This document shows positions 1 to 9,646 of a stretch of DNA of 12,136 bases, piece by piece (within the stretch, counting starts at the first letter, position 1; each line of letters starts with the position of its first letter). The position numbers and the translations under genes are program-made. The notes beneath the pieces are model-generated. The model ran no database searches. It was not told the DNA's origin and worked only from the letters and a program-made list of their open reading frames with translations. The stretch is from an uncultured Nitrososphaerales archaeon (GTDB taxonomy: Archaea; Thermoproteota; Nitrososphaeria; Nitrososphaerales; Nitrososphaeraceae), in the NCBI GenBank assembly GCA_963709405.1, contig CAVPXM010000019.1:1-12136 (forward strand), given 5' to 3'.

Positions 1-75
1 TATGTAATAGATTAACTTGAAATAAATCTTATATATCAGCGTAGGTAAATATAGATACGGCTGAAAAAGTAACAA

Positions 76-1562
76 TTGAGGATAACCAACACTCACGATA
101 TGAGGTTCATGCTATCTCATTCATACGATAGGAATATATCCAAGAAATTCACAAGAAATGAAAAGAGGATACCCCTAAATTATGATAAATATCTGGTAGG
201 AAGATTTTACCAACTATTCAAAGGTGCTCTCCATTCAGACAAAACGCTTCAGTTATACAAGCCGCACTTGTGGCATTTTTGTAATTTCATTGAAATGACA
301 ACTGAGGAGATTATTTCAAAGTATGCTGGGGCAATATCAAGGAAGTGATCCTACTACAACGTATAGTCGAAGATTATACTTTTTTTATACAAGCCAAAAT
401 AACTAACGGACATATCACTGCGGCAACGCACATAGCATGATTCCTCCGGTAAAGTTGTTCTGTGAAATGAATGATATTACTCTCAATTGGAGGAAAATAA
501 ACAAACTCTTACCGTATGGTAGTGGTAACGCGGCAGATGAAGCCTACACAAGAGAACAGATAAAGAAAATGTTAGAATATTCAGATCTTAGGGCCAAAAT
601 TCCTATACTCTTCATGGCATCGAGTGGAATGAGATTGGGGGGTTTTGTTGGCCTTGGGGACGGAGATATATGCGCTATCTTTGATGAAACGACAGGCAAA
701 AAATTGTTTGCAGCATCATGTGGTTGTTTACAAGGGAACAGATGATGAATATGATACTTTTATCTCACCTGAGGCTTTCTCTATGTACCAAGAATATCGA
801 AATCTTCGCATAAAGTTTGGTGAAGTAATAACCAAAAAAAGTCCGATACTTTTGAGGCGATTTGACATAAGTCCTGATGGTAAGACTGCAATATTAGATA
901 ATACAAAACCAATAGCACTATCGACTGTAGCCGGTATAATAAGAACTGTGGCTTACAAGGCAGGTATTAGGGAGGTTTCAGAAAATTATAAAGATAGATA
1001 TAATATCAAGATTGCTCATGGATTTAGGAAATTTTTCAATACCACATTAAGCAATATTAGAACCAAGGATGGAAGACTCGCAATTGACTTTATCAGAAAG
1101 GAAATGATGATGGGTCATGCTCTGATGAATATACATGCACTGGAAGAAAATTACAATAGGGCCGATAGGCCGAAGATGTTACTTGAGGACTATCTGAAGG
1201 CAGTATCAGAGCTGACTATATCGGATGAAGAACGCATGAAAGTAGAGGTAAAGAAATTGCAGACTGACATCTCCAATATGAAGTCGGTAGAGATAGAATT
1301 AACAGAAAAAGATAAAGAGATTCAATCTATGAAGCAGAAATATGAGGAAATGAGTGTTACGCTTCAAAACATTCTAAGTGTTATTGGAAATGTAGAACAG
1401 CCTACTAAGAATAAAATAGCAAAACAACTGATTGTGAAAGGGGAATACAAGCCGGATCCCAGGACATTAGATGTGTTAAGGAACCAATTGGGATCGAATC
1501 AATTTCTAAACGTTCGTCATTTAGAAAGACATGGCATTGATATCCAAAGTAAGAAAAATTAG
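76..1562 (+). pseudogene. Tyrosine recombinase/integrase with C-terminal coiled-coil tail, split by three 1-nt indels (pseudogene or sequencing error)
   Basis: ORFs 76..348, 437..745 and 645..1562 join through a bridging frame 330-428 (GNIKEVILLQRIVEDYTFFIQAKITNGHITAAT). The join needs a base added at GGGG 328-331, a base added near 428 and a base removed near 716 (FAA|HVVVYKG). Catalytic motifs are present: ASSGMRLG (R), AHGFRKFF (HxxR), MMMGH, and ENYNR (Y). Start codon uncertain (TTG 76, ATG 100 or ATG 109). Confidence 0.9.
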
Positions 1563-1623
1563 AGATACTTTATCAATAAGTGAAAGTTCGTGATAAGACT
1601 AATAAGAGATTAGGTAATGAACT

Positions 1624-2534
1624 TTATGAATCCTTATTCAAAAATTCTCTTAGGCTCCCAATCCCTAATCCTAGCCCTATAAGCGCCAAGATGTCGATAG
1701 GTTCGATTACACGTATCGCGATGACATAACCTTGGCTTAGTAATGCAAGAAAACCCACGGCGATTCCAAAGCCGATTGTTCCAATATCAATTATCGAAAC
1801 TTTGATAAAGGCTTTTGAGATAAGCCTTCTGTTTAGATAATCGTGGAGTTCGTTCTTAACGAGTATACTTGCATTTACGTTGTTTGTTTGGTGTTTTATT
1901 TCTGCTTCCTTAACCTGATTAACATAGTTGATTAATTCCCAGAATAGAATGGACGTAAGAATGCCAATTATCACCCAGACCAGTGCTACTACAACTTTTG
2001 GTTCAGTCGCGATAGTTACGGGGATTGGAATATTATCCTTACCTTCTATAAAGATCCAACCCTCGTATGAGCCAGGGTATTGTAACTTGGGTATTTTAAT
2101 ATTATATTGCTTTACATCAGTTGTTGCGTTAGTGCTAGGATATATTACTAATCTTGCATCTGTATTCAATTTATGTATAGCATCTACTAAGTAGGAAGAG
2201 GATGTTTTTATCGTGTCCTGGTTATTGAGCCCATAAACATTCAAGGACTTGAGGGAACCTTTTTCATTATTATCTACAAGAAACTCCCAATTACCATCAT
2301 GAAAAGATGATTTGCCGTCAAAAGTTAAAGTAGTCTTATTATCATTAAGATATGGAAATTGTCCCATATCATTGGAACTGTGAATATAAACATTAATTGT
2401 AATTAGGACTATGTCCGCAACTATGATTGGCGATAGTATGAGGATTAGCCTAGATGTGGGGCTTCTTAGTGCAAACCATCTTGTCAATCTAGATCTTGTC
2501 AATCTAGATCTCGAGCCTCAGGCTTGTTCATCAT
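1624..2534 (-). CDS. Hypothetical multi-pass membrane protein (N-terminal TM, beta-rich soluble domain, about 3 C-terminal TMs)
   Basis: 292-aa ORF 1624..2502 with hydrophobic segments LILILSPIIVADIVLITINVYI, VVVALVWVIIGILTSILFW, IGTIGFGIAVGFLALL and ILALIGLGLGIGSL. The probable true start is ATG 2534 (MMNKPE-GSRSRLTR, after AGAAGGA), which needs one G added near 2517. Otherwise the start is TTG 2502. Confidence 0.75.
2478..2511. repeat. Perfect 15-bp tandem repeat (ATCTTGTCAATCTAG x2 plus ATCT)
   Basis: Read directly: copies at 2478-2492 and 2493-2507, partial copy at 2508-2511. Encodes RSRLT-RSRLT in the membrane protein frame. Confidence 0.95.
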
Positions 2535-2962
2535 TATCCTTCTATCGATTCTATTGGTTTCACAAATTATATCGATTTGAAAAAAAGCCTGTAATAAAAA
2601 ATCCAGTATCAAGAATTCTTCCTTTCCATAGCATCCACGAGTCCACCTCGAGTGACAGAATCCTGTAAATCTAGATACCAAAACAAGTGCCGCAACTGTG
2701 ACAGTTAAGTATGATATATGATTAGTTGTTGTTATTGATTTCGGAATTAAGTTTACGTTTGATCCCATTATTTATTCATACCGAAGACTTCTTGATATCT
2801 TCTTGTCAAATTTGTTTCGAAATTATCATCATAGTTTATGAGGATTAATTCAGTAATACATCGTCAGTCCAGTCACGATTCGAGTTATGAATTAGTATCT
2901 CTATTCCAAACAGAGAATTCATAAATTGTGATCATTAAAAATATATACGAGCTATCAATTAT

Positions 2963-3103
2963 CAAGTATAAAAGCTTCACAATCTTTATCCAAAACTATC
3001 GTGTTTTCATATGCATCATCAAATCTTGCAATACCATACTGGCTCGCTCTGGATGGAGTTATTCAGCTTGCAATGACCATTTTATCATCTCAATCTAGAG
3101 AAT
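2963..3103. repeat. Dispersed ~140-bp direct repeat, copy 1
   Basis: Shares colinear exact blocks with 6695-6831: TCACAATCTTTAT, CAAAACTAT, GTGTTTT, CTTGCAATACCA, GCTCTGGATGGAGTTATTC (3046-3064) and GACCATTTTATC. Confidence 0.92.
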
Positions 3104-3483
3104 GCCAAGTGATTAAGTTTCATATTGAGATTTTCGCGACAAAGAATCACTCCCTCCAGATTAAATATATCTAGTCCTTATTAGGGACTTCCTGTAATCC
3201 CTGCTCTGTTATGCTCCATAATCTCAAATCCGTGTGGCTAGGTCTGGGTAGTGCTTCCTTAACTTAACGGTGTTCTGGTTTGACATGTGTTTCAAGTAAT
3301 CTGTCAACGATCATTTGGATTCTTTAACATTCTATCTAAACAATACCATTCCTTTACCTTCTTTCCTGCAATAGGTGCTAGCAGTATTTGCAAAGAAAGA
3401 TTCTGAAGAAATAGTCATTGATAAATGTCTAGGTAAATGATAGTAAAAGATGAGTTTGATTGAGTATATCTGGTGATATAAGG

Positions 3484-3665
3484 CTTAACTTAAGAATAAT
3501 AGCAGCAAATAATCATTACGCTGGCTTTGGTCCGGGAACTGCTAACACTTTTAGAAAAATTTGCATTTATCAGAAGTAACATGGGATGATGTTGAAGTGC
3601 CCCAAACCGAAGATAGAGTATCCGGTAACACAAAACAAATTACTCTATCAGATTTTCTAAAATGA
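3484..3665 (+). pseudogene. C-terminal fragment of a DUF72-family protein ending in a PIP-box-like motif
   Basis: Translates LNLRIIAANNHYAGFGPGTANTFRK, then after a 1-nt loss near 3560, LHLSEVTWDDVEVPQTEDRVSGNTKQITLSDFLK*. NNHYAG..P..A matches the DUF72 C-terminal motif as I recall it. The N-terminal part is absent (in-frame TGA at 3457). Not in the ORF track. Confidence 0.75.
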
Positions 3666-3682
3666 GGCATAGGATCAATTAT

Positions 3683-3901
3683 TTAATTAAATAGTGTATA
3701 GCACATTGCACATAAAACATCGAGTTGGCTGTTTGTCCCTTCAATTTCTTTCACTACTGAATCGATTTCACTTTCAGGTCTAGAACACACAACAACATTT
3801 GCTACGTGTCCACTCAATAGGATTGTAGTTTCTTTTCTTATACACCTTCCACTCCCAGTAACTACTGCAGTCTTGTCTTACAAGCTTTTGTAGGTATTCA
3901 T
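3683..3901 (-). pseudogene. N-terminal relic of an SDR-family oxidoreductase
   Basis: MNTYKSL*DKTAVVTGSGRCIRKETTILLSGHVANVVVCSRPESEIDSVVKEIEG...VLCAMC. This is a Rossmann beta1-alphaA-beta2 pattern with TGxxxGxG degraded to TGSGRCIR, a TAA at codon 8, and truncation after about 70 codons. Confidence 0.85.
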
Positions 3902-3961
3902 ATCTATTTTTTATGGTAAGACTATACTTAGATATCAGACATATTGCAATGCCAAAATACG

Positions 3962-4576
3962 TCATCCAATAGTATTGAAATTAGATAGTGACTTCCACAT
4001 ATATCATGTGGCTATACTTCTATACGGTCTCCATGGATTGGCTATCTCCATCATCGTGTTAGGCTTCGGAAGTTCATCTAACAAGTATGTTCTTCTCATC
4101 GCATTTCTTAATCCTAAATCAGTAACCGGTAATACGTCTTCCCTACCAAGACAGAATATCAAAAACATTTCTGCTGTCCATCTTCCTATACCTTTTACTC
4201 TTGTTAACTGACTGATTATTTCCTCATCTTTCAATTCTGGTAGGTCAAACAAATCCAACCTGTTATCTGCAATATGAGATGCTAGATCCTTTAGATATGT
4301 TATTTTCATTCTTGATAGACCAACCTGAGTTCTTAGTTCAATATCTGAGCTTGAAATGATTTGCTCTGGTGTTGGAATCGAATTCTTGTAATATGCCAAG
4401 AATCTTTTGTAAATGGCATTAGCAACACTTCCAGTTAGTTGCTGATAAATTATTGCCTCTATTAATGATTGAAATGAATCATTTCTTAACTTTATGGAAT
4501 AACATCCAATCTCTTTAACGATTTTAGCAAGACGTCTGTCTGCGTTACAAAGATGTTCCATATAATTTGTATTCAA
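3962..4576 (-). CDS. alkA: AlkA-family DNA-3-methyladenine glycosylase (HhH-GPD), with an in-frame TGA at 4004-4006
   Basis: Motifs FQSLIEAIIYQQL, GLSRMKITYL, HhH VKGIGRWTAEMFL, LPVTDLGL (catalytic Asp) and PWRPYRSIAT. The frame continues past TGA as YMWKSLSNFNTIG*, so the TGA sits at the expected Trp of the ATWYxW motif. Confidence 0.9.
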
Positions 4577-4692
4577 GTATGAATATTCATCATTGTTCTT
4601 GTTGTATTATTATATTTCTAGAGACACATTTGCAATAATTGTTAGTTCCAGAAAAGTAATATTGGTTATGAATGGAAATCTTATAATATATT

Positions 4693-5582
4693 ATGAAAGA
4701 ACAACAGCGACAACAAATTGCTTTAGTAACTGGAAGCGCGTCTGGGATAGGATTTGAGACCGCACTTATGCTTGCTCGTAATGGGATATACACGTTCGCT
4801 ACTATGCGTAATCTAAGTAAATCAGAAGAGATACTTGATTATGCAAGAAAAGATCATCTCCCATTAGAAACACTGCGCCTGGATGTAACTGACGAACAGT
4901 CAATCTCAGAGGCAATTGACGAGATAATTGGCAAAAAGAACCGAATTGATATCTTAGTTAACAATGCGGGATACTCATTGTTAGGACCATTGGAACAACT
5001 ACATATGGAGGAGATTAAGGAAGAATTTGAAACTAATTTCTTTGGAATAATAAAACTCATCCAATGTGTATTACCAATAATGAGAAAACAAAGGTATGGG
5101 AGGATAATAAACATAAGCTCACTTGCCGGCAGGATTGGATTTCCTTTATCCTCAGCCTATGTTAGTTCTAAGTTCGCTTTGGAAGGGCTTACAGAGTCTT
5201 TGAGATATGAAGTTCAAGATTTTGGAATACATGTTATACTCATAGAACCTGGGGTAATAAAGACAAATTTCGTAAATAACATGAAGATAGGTAATGAGAT
5301 TATGACATTGCAAAATAGGGATAATAACAACATAATTGATGATGATTCGCCATATGCTGAGATAACTAATAAGAGGATCTCAGCGTTTAAACCAAGATTT
5401 GAAAAAGGCTCCTCTCCTAAAATAGTAGCAGAAATTGTTTTAGAAGCAGCTTATCTGCCAATCCCAAAGTAAGATATCTAGTTGGTGATGATGCCTTGAA
5501 GATGATGAACAGGAGGAAGAACACATCTGATGAGGAATTTGGCAGATTAGTAATGGATAGTGTATTAGGCCGGGATTCCTAA
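4693..5582 (+). CDS. Classical SDR-family NAD(P)-dependent oxidoreductase, 1-nt deletion near 5450
   Basis: Motifs TGSASGIG, LDVTD, LVNNAG, NISS, YVSSK (YxxxK) and IEPG. Adding a T at GCTT (5449-5452) restores ALSANPKVRYLVGDDALKMMNRRKNTSDEEFGRLVMDSVLGRDS*, with the stop at 5580-5582. Confidence 0.93.
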
Positions 5583-5730
5583 CTGAAGTTATCCTTAATA
5601 AAATTATCCAACTGCTCTGACCATATAGGGAGCCTGTCAAATTTGATTTTCACTAAAATAGAACTCTTGTTAGTTCTTCAGATTGAAACTCGAAAGATGA
5701 TGAAATCTGTTTAGCTTTGCTTTTTTGAGC

Positions 5731-6660
5731 TTATCTACCTACAGCGTCCATGAATAATTCTAATGCTTTTGTATCAAGTGGGTCCTGAAATGCAAGCAAG
5801 AACTGATCCACACCTGCATCTGCATACTGCTTAAGCCTTTCCCTTATTTTATCAGATGTTCCAACGAGTCCATGCTTAAGCATCTGATTAGCCACAGCAG
5901 GACCTCTCTCCATAGCAAATATTTTTTTCTTGTATTCTAAATCTAATTCAGATTCAGAAATAATAACATCTAGTTCAATTGATTTAGCTATTCTTCTATT
6001 TCCATTTCGATTTATCTTTTCACATATGCTTTCAAACTTTTCGTTAAGGGTAATAAACTGTTCAGGAGTTAGATAGGAGCACTCCCAGATGTCTGCATAC
6101 CTAGCAGCTATTGTCATAGTTTTATCTTGTTTTGCTGCTACAGTTAGTGGAATATCAACACTTTGAGTCTGCGTCTGTTTTCTCAAAAATGTTGCATCTT
6201 TTACTTTGAAATGCCTTCCTTCAAATGTCGTAGGAGACTTAGTCCATAACATTAACAATAATTGTATGCCTTCCTCGAGTAATGATACTCTTTCACCATT
6301 ATTTGGATAATCTATACCATAAGGATGCCACCATTGCGAAGCCCATTGGAGTGTTGCACCCGCACCTGTTCGAAACTCTAGTCGTCCGTTAGAAATATCT
6401 TGCATTGTCAGAGCTTGCTTCGCTAAAAGAGAGATGTTTCTATATTGGGGAAACATATATGTTACAACAGGACCTAATTTAATCCTTTGAGTTATTGCAG
6501 ATAAATTAGAAATTATGGTCCAACAATCCAAATCTATATCGGCTAAGGATTCACCATAGTAAAACCCATAATATCCCAATTTTTCAGCCAATAAACAGAT
6601 TTCTTTGATCTTGTTATACTCAGTTCCCCATATTTCAAGACAGAAACGAGCGTTTATCAA
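5731..6660 (-). CDS. LLM-class (luciferase-like) flavin/F420-dependent oxidoreductase
   Basis: Intact 309-aa ORF with motifs AEKLGY, TQRIKLGPVV, LLAKQALTMQDISNGRLEF, FEGRHF, AARYADIW and LVGT..I.ERL..YADAGVD. TTAATTAATA lies about 25-35 nt upstream of the TTG start. Confidence 0.93.
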   Translation of the reverse strand: MINARFCLEIWGTEYNKIKEICLLAEKLGYYGFYYGESLADIDLDCWTIISNLSAITQRIKLGPVVTYMFPQYRNISLLAKQALTMQDISNGRLEFRTGAGATLQWASQWWHPYGIDYPNNGERVSLLEEGIQLLLMLWTKSPTTFEGRHFKVKDATFLRKQTQTQSVDIPLTVAAKQDKTMTIAARYADIWECSYLTPEQFITLNEKFESICEKINRNGNRRIAKSIELDVIISESELDLEYKKKIFAMERGPAVANQMLKHGLVGTSDKIRERLKQYADAGVDQFLLAFQDPLDTKALELFMDAVGR

Positions 6661-6694
6661 TGTTCTAAGGTATCATACAAAGGGTATTAATTAA

Positions 6695-6831
6695 CAGGTA
6701 GAAAGGCTCACAATCTTTATTCAAAACTATAGTGTTTTAGCATATGCCCTCATACTTGCAATACCACATTGGCTGCTCTGGATGGAGTTATTCGGCATGG
6801 CAAGGACCATTTTATCCCTAATTTAGATAAT
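6695..6831. repeat. Dispersed ~140-bp direct repeat, copy 2
   Basis: Colinear homolog of 2963-3103. The 19-bp identical core is at 6775-6793. Confidence 0.92.
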
Positions 6832-6954
6832 TACAATGGTCATTGGATAGATCGTCAGCATCTTATTTATCTGAATCCAACTATTTTAGACAATGCCTAG
6901 AGATGTATGGTGACAAGAAATAATATCAACGACTAGTGACGAAGAGGAAATTAT

Positions 6955-7997
6955 CTATGGTTTTGCCTCATAAACTATATTAAACCATGTCTGGGCAACT
7001 CGCCTAAAATGCTTAAATCCACCTGACTTTACTACTTGTGATATACCGGACTCGCCTGCTAGTGCACCTAGTGCTGGTCCGTTTTGGCTTAAAGATGTAG
7101 GAATACATATCATAGTTGATGCAGCATAAGATAGTCGACCAAGGGGATTCAAATTATTCTCTACCTTATCGTTTGCAAATGGTTCCACTATCATCACTGT
7201 TCCTTCAGGCTTCTTTAATGCTTTTAGTGCATACGCCGTTGCCCCTTCCGGATCTCCCATATCGTGCAGACAATCAAAGAATGATATTAAATCGTATCCT
7301 TCATTGGTAATGATTGGAAAGTTAGTCGAAGATGCGACTTTAAAGGTTATCCTGTCTTCATCCAGTCCTTCATCTTTAGCCTTATTTCTAGCATACTCTA
7401 TGGATCTTGCATGATTGTCAAATCCATAAAACTTTGAATTAGGATAAGCCTTTGCCATTAATATGGTGGAAACACCATGGCCACATCCAATATCTGCAAC
7501 TTTAGCGCCACCTTTCTTAAGAGTCTGTTCCACATTGCCATTATCAAGAGCAGGAATCCAAGAACTTACTAGATTCGCTGTATAGCCTGGTTTAAACAAT
7601 CTTTCAAGTCCTTCGAATAGGTCTTTATCATGATCTCCCCATGCTATACCATTGCCAGTCTTGAATGCTTCTAATATTTTTGCCCATCTTCGTAAAAAGC
7701 CATCAACATCTGAAAACCTCCAGCTGCATAGACAGGGCTTGTTTCGTTGATTAGAGCTAGTGCATGCTCTATCGGTAGTGAGTATTTTTGAGAAGAAGAA
7801 TTATATTCGATATACCCACCTGCAGCTTGATTTGCAAGCCATTCTCTTATATAACGTTCTGACGTGCCAGTAATGTTTGCAAGTTCTTGTGAGGTTATCG
7901 GTTTTCCAAAATCATACATGGCTTTATACAGGCCAAGTTTATCACCAATGTATGCTAAAACTGCACTTGCTGCACCACCAAAATCAGATAGAACTCG
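6955..7997 (-). pseudogene. Class I SAM-dependent methyltransferase with N-terminal winged-helix domain (Rv2258c-like architecture), 5'-truncated and frameshifted
   Basis: RVLSDFGGAASAVLAYIGDKLGLYKAM..ELA..TG..ERYIREWLANQAAGGY joins ILEAFKTGNGIAWGDHD..FKPGY when one A is added to the run at 7677-7681. It then has VADIGCGHG (motif I), FDCLHDMGDP and MIVEP. There is no start codon before the in-frame TAA at 8016-8018. Confidence 0.88.
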
Positions 7998-8075
7998 GAA
8001 AAGTGATAAAGCTGCTTAAAATGAAGAAAATCGAATTAGATGTTGAAGGGCATACGAGGAGATTAAGGGAAGAGT

Positions 8076-8648
8076 TTGAGAAACCTAAAACTGCAAGTGC
8101 AAATATCCATAGATGGCTACATTGCTGGACCCAACGGTGAAATGGATTGGATGGTTTGGAATTGGGATGACAAACTCAAAAATTATGTATTTGAAATAAC
8201 TGAATCTGTTGACACAATTATTTTAGGGCGGAAAATGACCGATGGTTTTATTTCAGAATGGTCCGATATAATGACAAAGCCTGGTGACCCATTTCATGCT
8301 TTTGCCAAAATGATGATAGAAACACCAAAAGTTGTTTTTACTAAAACGCTAAAAATATCAAAGTGGGTGAATACGGTGCTTGCTACAGGTGACCTTACGG
8401 ATGAAATCATGAAGCTAAAGCGTGAAAGTGGTAATGATATCATCGTGTATGGTGGCGCCACCTTTGATTCTTCCTTAATTAGAGCGGGACTTATTGACGA
8501 ATTTCATTTGTTCATAAATCCTGCTATTAGGTGAAACGACATGGCAATATTCAAAGATTTGAAAGAGGTCCAAAAATTCACCATGATAAAATCTAGGCCA
8601 TTTGACTGTGGAATAGTAGAGCTTCATTATGAGCCAAAGAGAAATTGA
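8076..8648 (+). pseudogene. Dihydrofolate reductase-like (RibD C-terminal domain) protein 1, with an in-frame TGA at 8532-8534
   Basis: Motifs SIDGYIAGPNGEMDW, LGRK, PKVVFTKTL, DIIVYGGA and GLIDEFHLFINP. The same frame continues past TGA as NDMAIFKDLKEVQKFTMIKSRPFDCGIVELHYEPKRN*. The TGA sits at the expected Gly of the G-x-G motif. Confidence 0.9.
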
Positions 8649-8688
8649 AAGATACGTAATTGAAAGGATGGACGGATGGATATAAATT

Positions 8689-9173
8689 ATGAGTAAAATT
8701 GGCGTATTTATCCATGTAACCCTTGACGGATTCTTTGCTGGACCTAATGATGAGATCGATTGGTTTAAAGTAATTAAAAAGGATGCAGAGTGGGAAAAGC
8801 ACACTTGACAAGGAATCGCAGTCTGGTAACACACTTCTCTTTGGTGCAACAACCTACAGAATGATGAAAGGCTTTTGGCCTACTCCTGCCGGAATTCAGA
8901 GCGATCCTGACATGGCTAAGGCAGTGAACGAGAGTCCAAAGATTGTTGTTTCAAACACGCTCAAAAGTGTAGAAGACGAATCAAATTGGAAGAACGTCAG
9001 GATCCTTCACGATTGGACGACAATACAATCACAAAACTCAAAGAGGAAAGTAGTAGTAGTGGCAAGTATCTATTTCAAAGATGTCAAGACTGACCTGGAG
9101 ATGGCTCTCATCGAAGGTGACGCGATCATTCAAGAATGGGCTTGTGTCGCTGCGTTATCGACCGGTAAGATAA
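8689..9173 (+). pseudogene. Dihydrofolate reductase-like (RibD C-terminal domain) protein 2, with several frameshifts and an internal deletion
   Basis: ATG 8689 gives MSKIGVFIHVTLDGFFAGPNDEIDWF. After a frameshift near 8806 comes LLFGATTYRMMKGFWP..PKIVVSNTL. After another near 9013 comes DDNTITKLKEESSSSGKYLF, and the gene ends TRSFKNGLVSLRYRPVR*. The segment equivalent to DIIVYGG..GLIDE..P of gene 1 is missing. Confidence 0.87.
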
Positions 9174-9646
9174 AGGAAAAAATACATATCGCACTGCTGC
9201 ATTCCAGTTTCTGTCATTGACTGTGCCAATAAATTTGCAACCTTTCTGCGTCTATCTTCGATTTTGAAATTATGCGTTACCAAGATTAGTTTATGCAATA
9301 TTTCTAAGTGAAGGTTATGTTTATGCATTTTGTAGAACGGTAATTTGAATATCAATGGACTATTAGAGTCTAAATTGTATTCTAGATAGATATCATCTAA
9401 AATTCTATAATGCAAATATAGCTGGCCACTCTAAGTATGATATTTCTTACAGTATGTTTCAACATTCATCTTTACCATCCCAGGACTCAAGTTCCATGAC
9501 CAGTTAAAAGAATACCTAAGAACTACCGGAATAGTAAGGATCCTTATATTCTAGTTCATCATATATTCTAGATTCCAAAAGTGCTTTTGCTAGTTTCATT
9601 CTCTCAGTCTTAAGTAAAAACCGATCAACTTTTAGAAATTCACGTT

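Noticed and set aside
328-720. Programmed ribosomal frameshifting in the integrase
   Set aside because: Three separate shifts in different directions would be needed, there are no X-XXY-YYZ slippery heptamers at the inferred junctions, and similar indels occur throughout the window.
2499-2768. 89-aa minus-strand ORF as a separate gene
   Set aside because: No recognisable family. Its last codons are better explained as the frameshifted start of the membrane protein. A real small gene cannot be fully excluded.
2885-2924. Inverted repeat TTATGAATT...AATTCATAA
   Set aside because: AT-rich 9-bp arms can arise by chance at this base composition, and there is no target-site duplication or second copy.
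3046-3085. Fluoride (crcB) riboswitch suggested by GATGGAGTT...GCAATGAC in the repeat
   Set aside because: There is no P1 stem around GATGGAGTT and no ACTCC pseudoknot partner, copy 2 changes ATGAC to AGGAC, and no fluoride-related gene lies downstream.
3780-3965. 61-aa Cys/Trp-rich ORF from the track
   Set aside because: It is an out-of-frame reading of the SDR relic at 3683-3901.
4004-8534. Stop-codon reassignment (TGA as Trp, Gly or Sec)
   Set aside because: The two in-frame TGAs stand for different residues, TGG is used normally for Trp, and TGA is the natural stop of the PPOX, alkA and DHFR-1 genes.
9155-9599. 86-aa ORF 9155..9415 and upstream minus-strand fragments (MKLAKALLESRIYDELEYKD...) as a decayed gene
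   Set aside because: It has multiple stops and no motif I can recognise; blastx would be needed.
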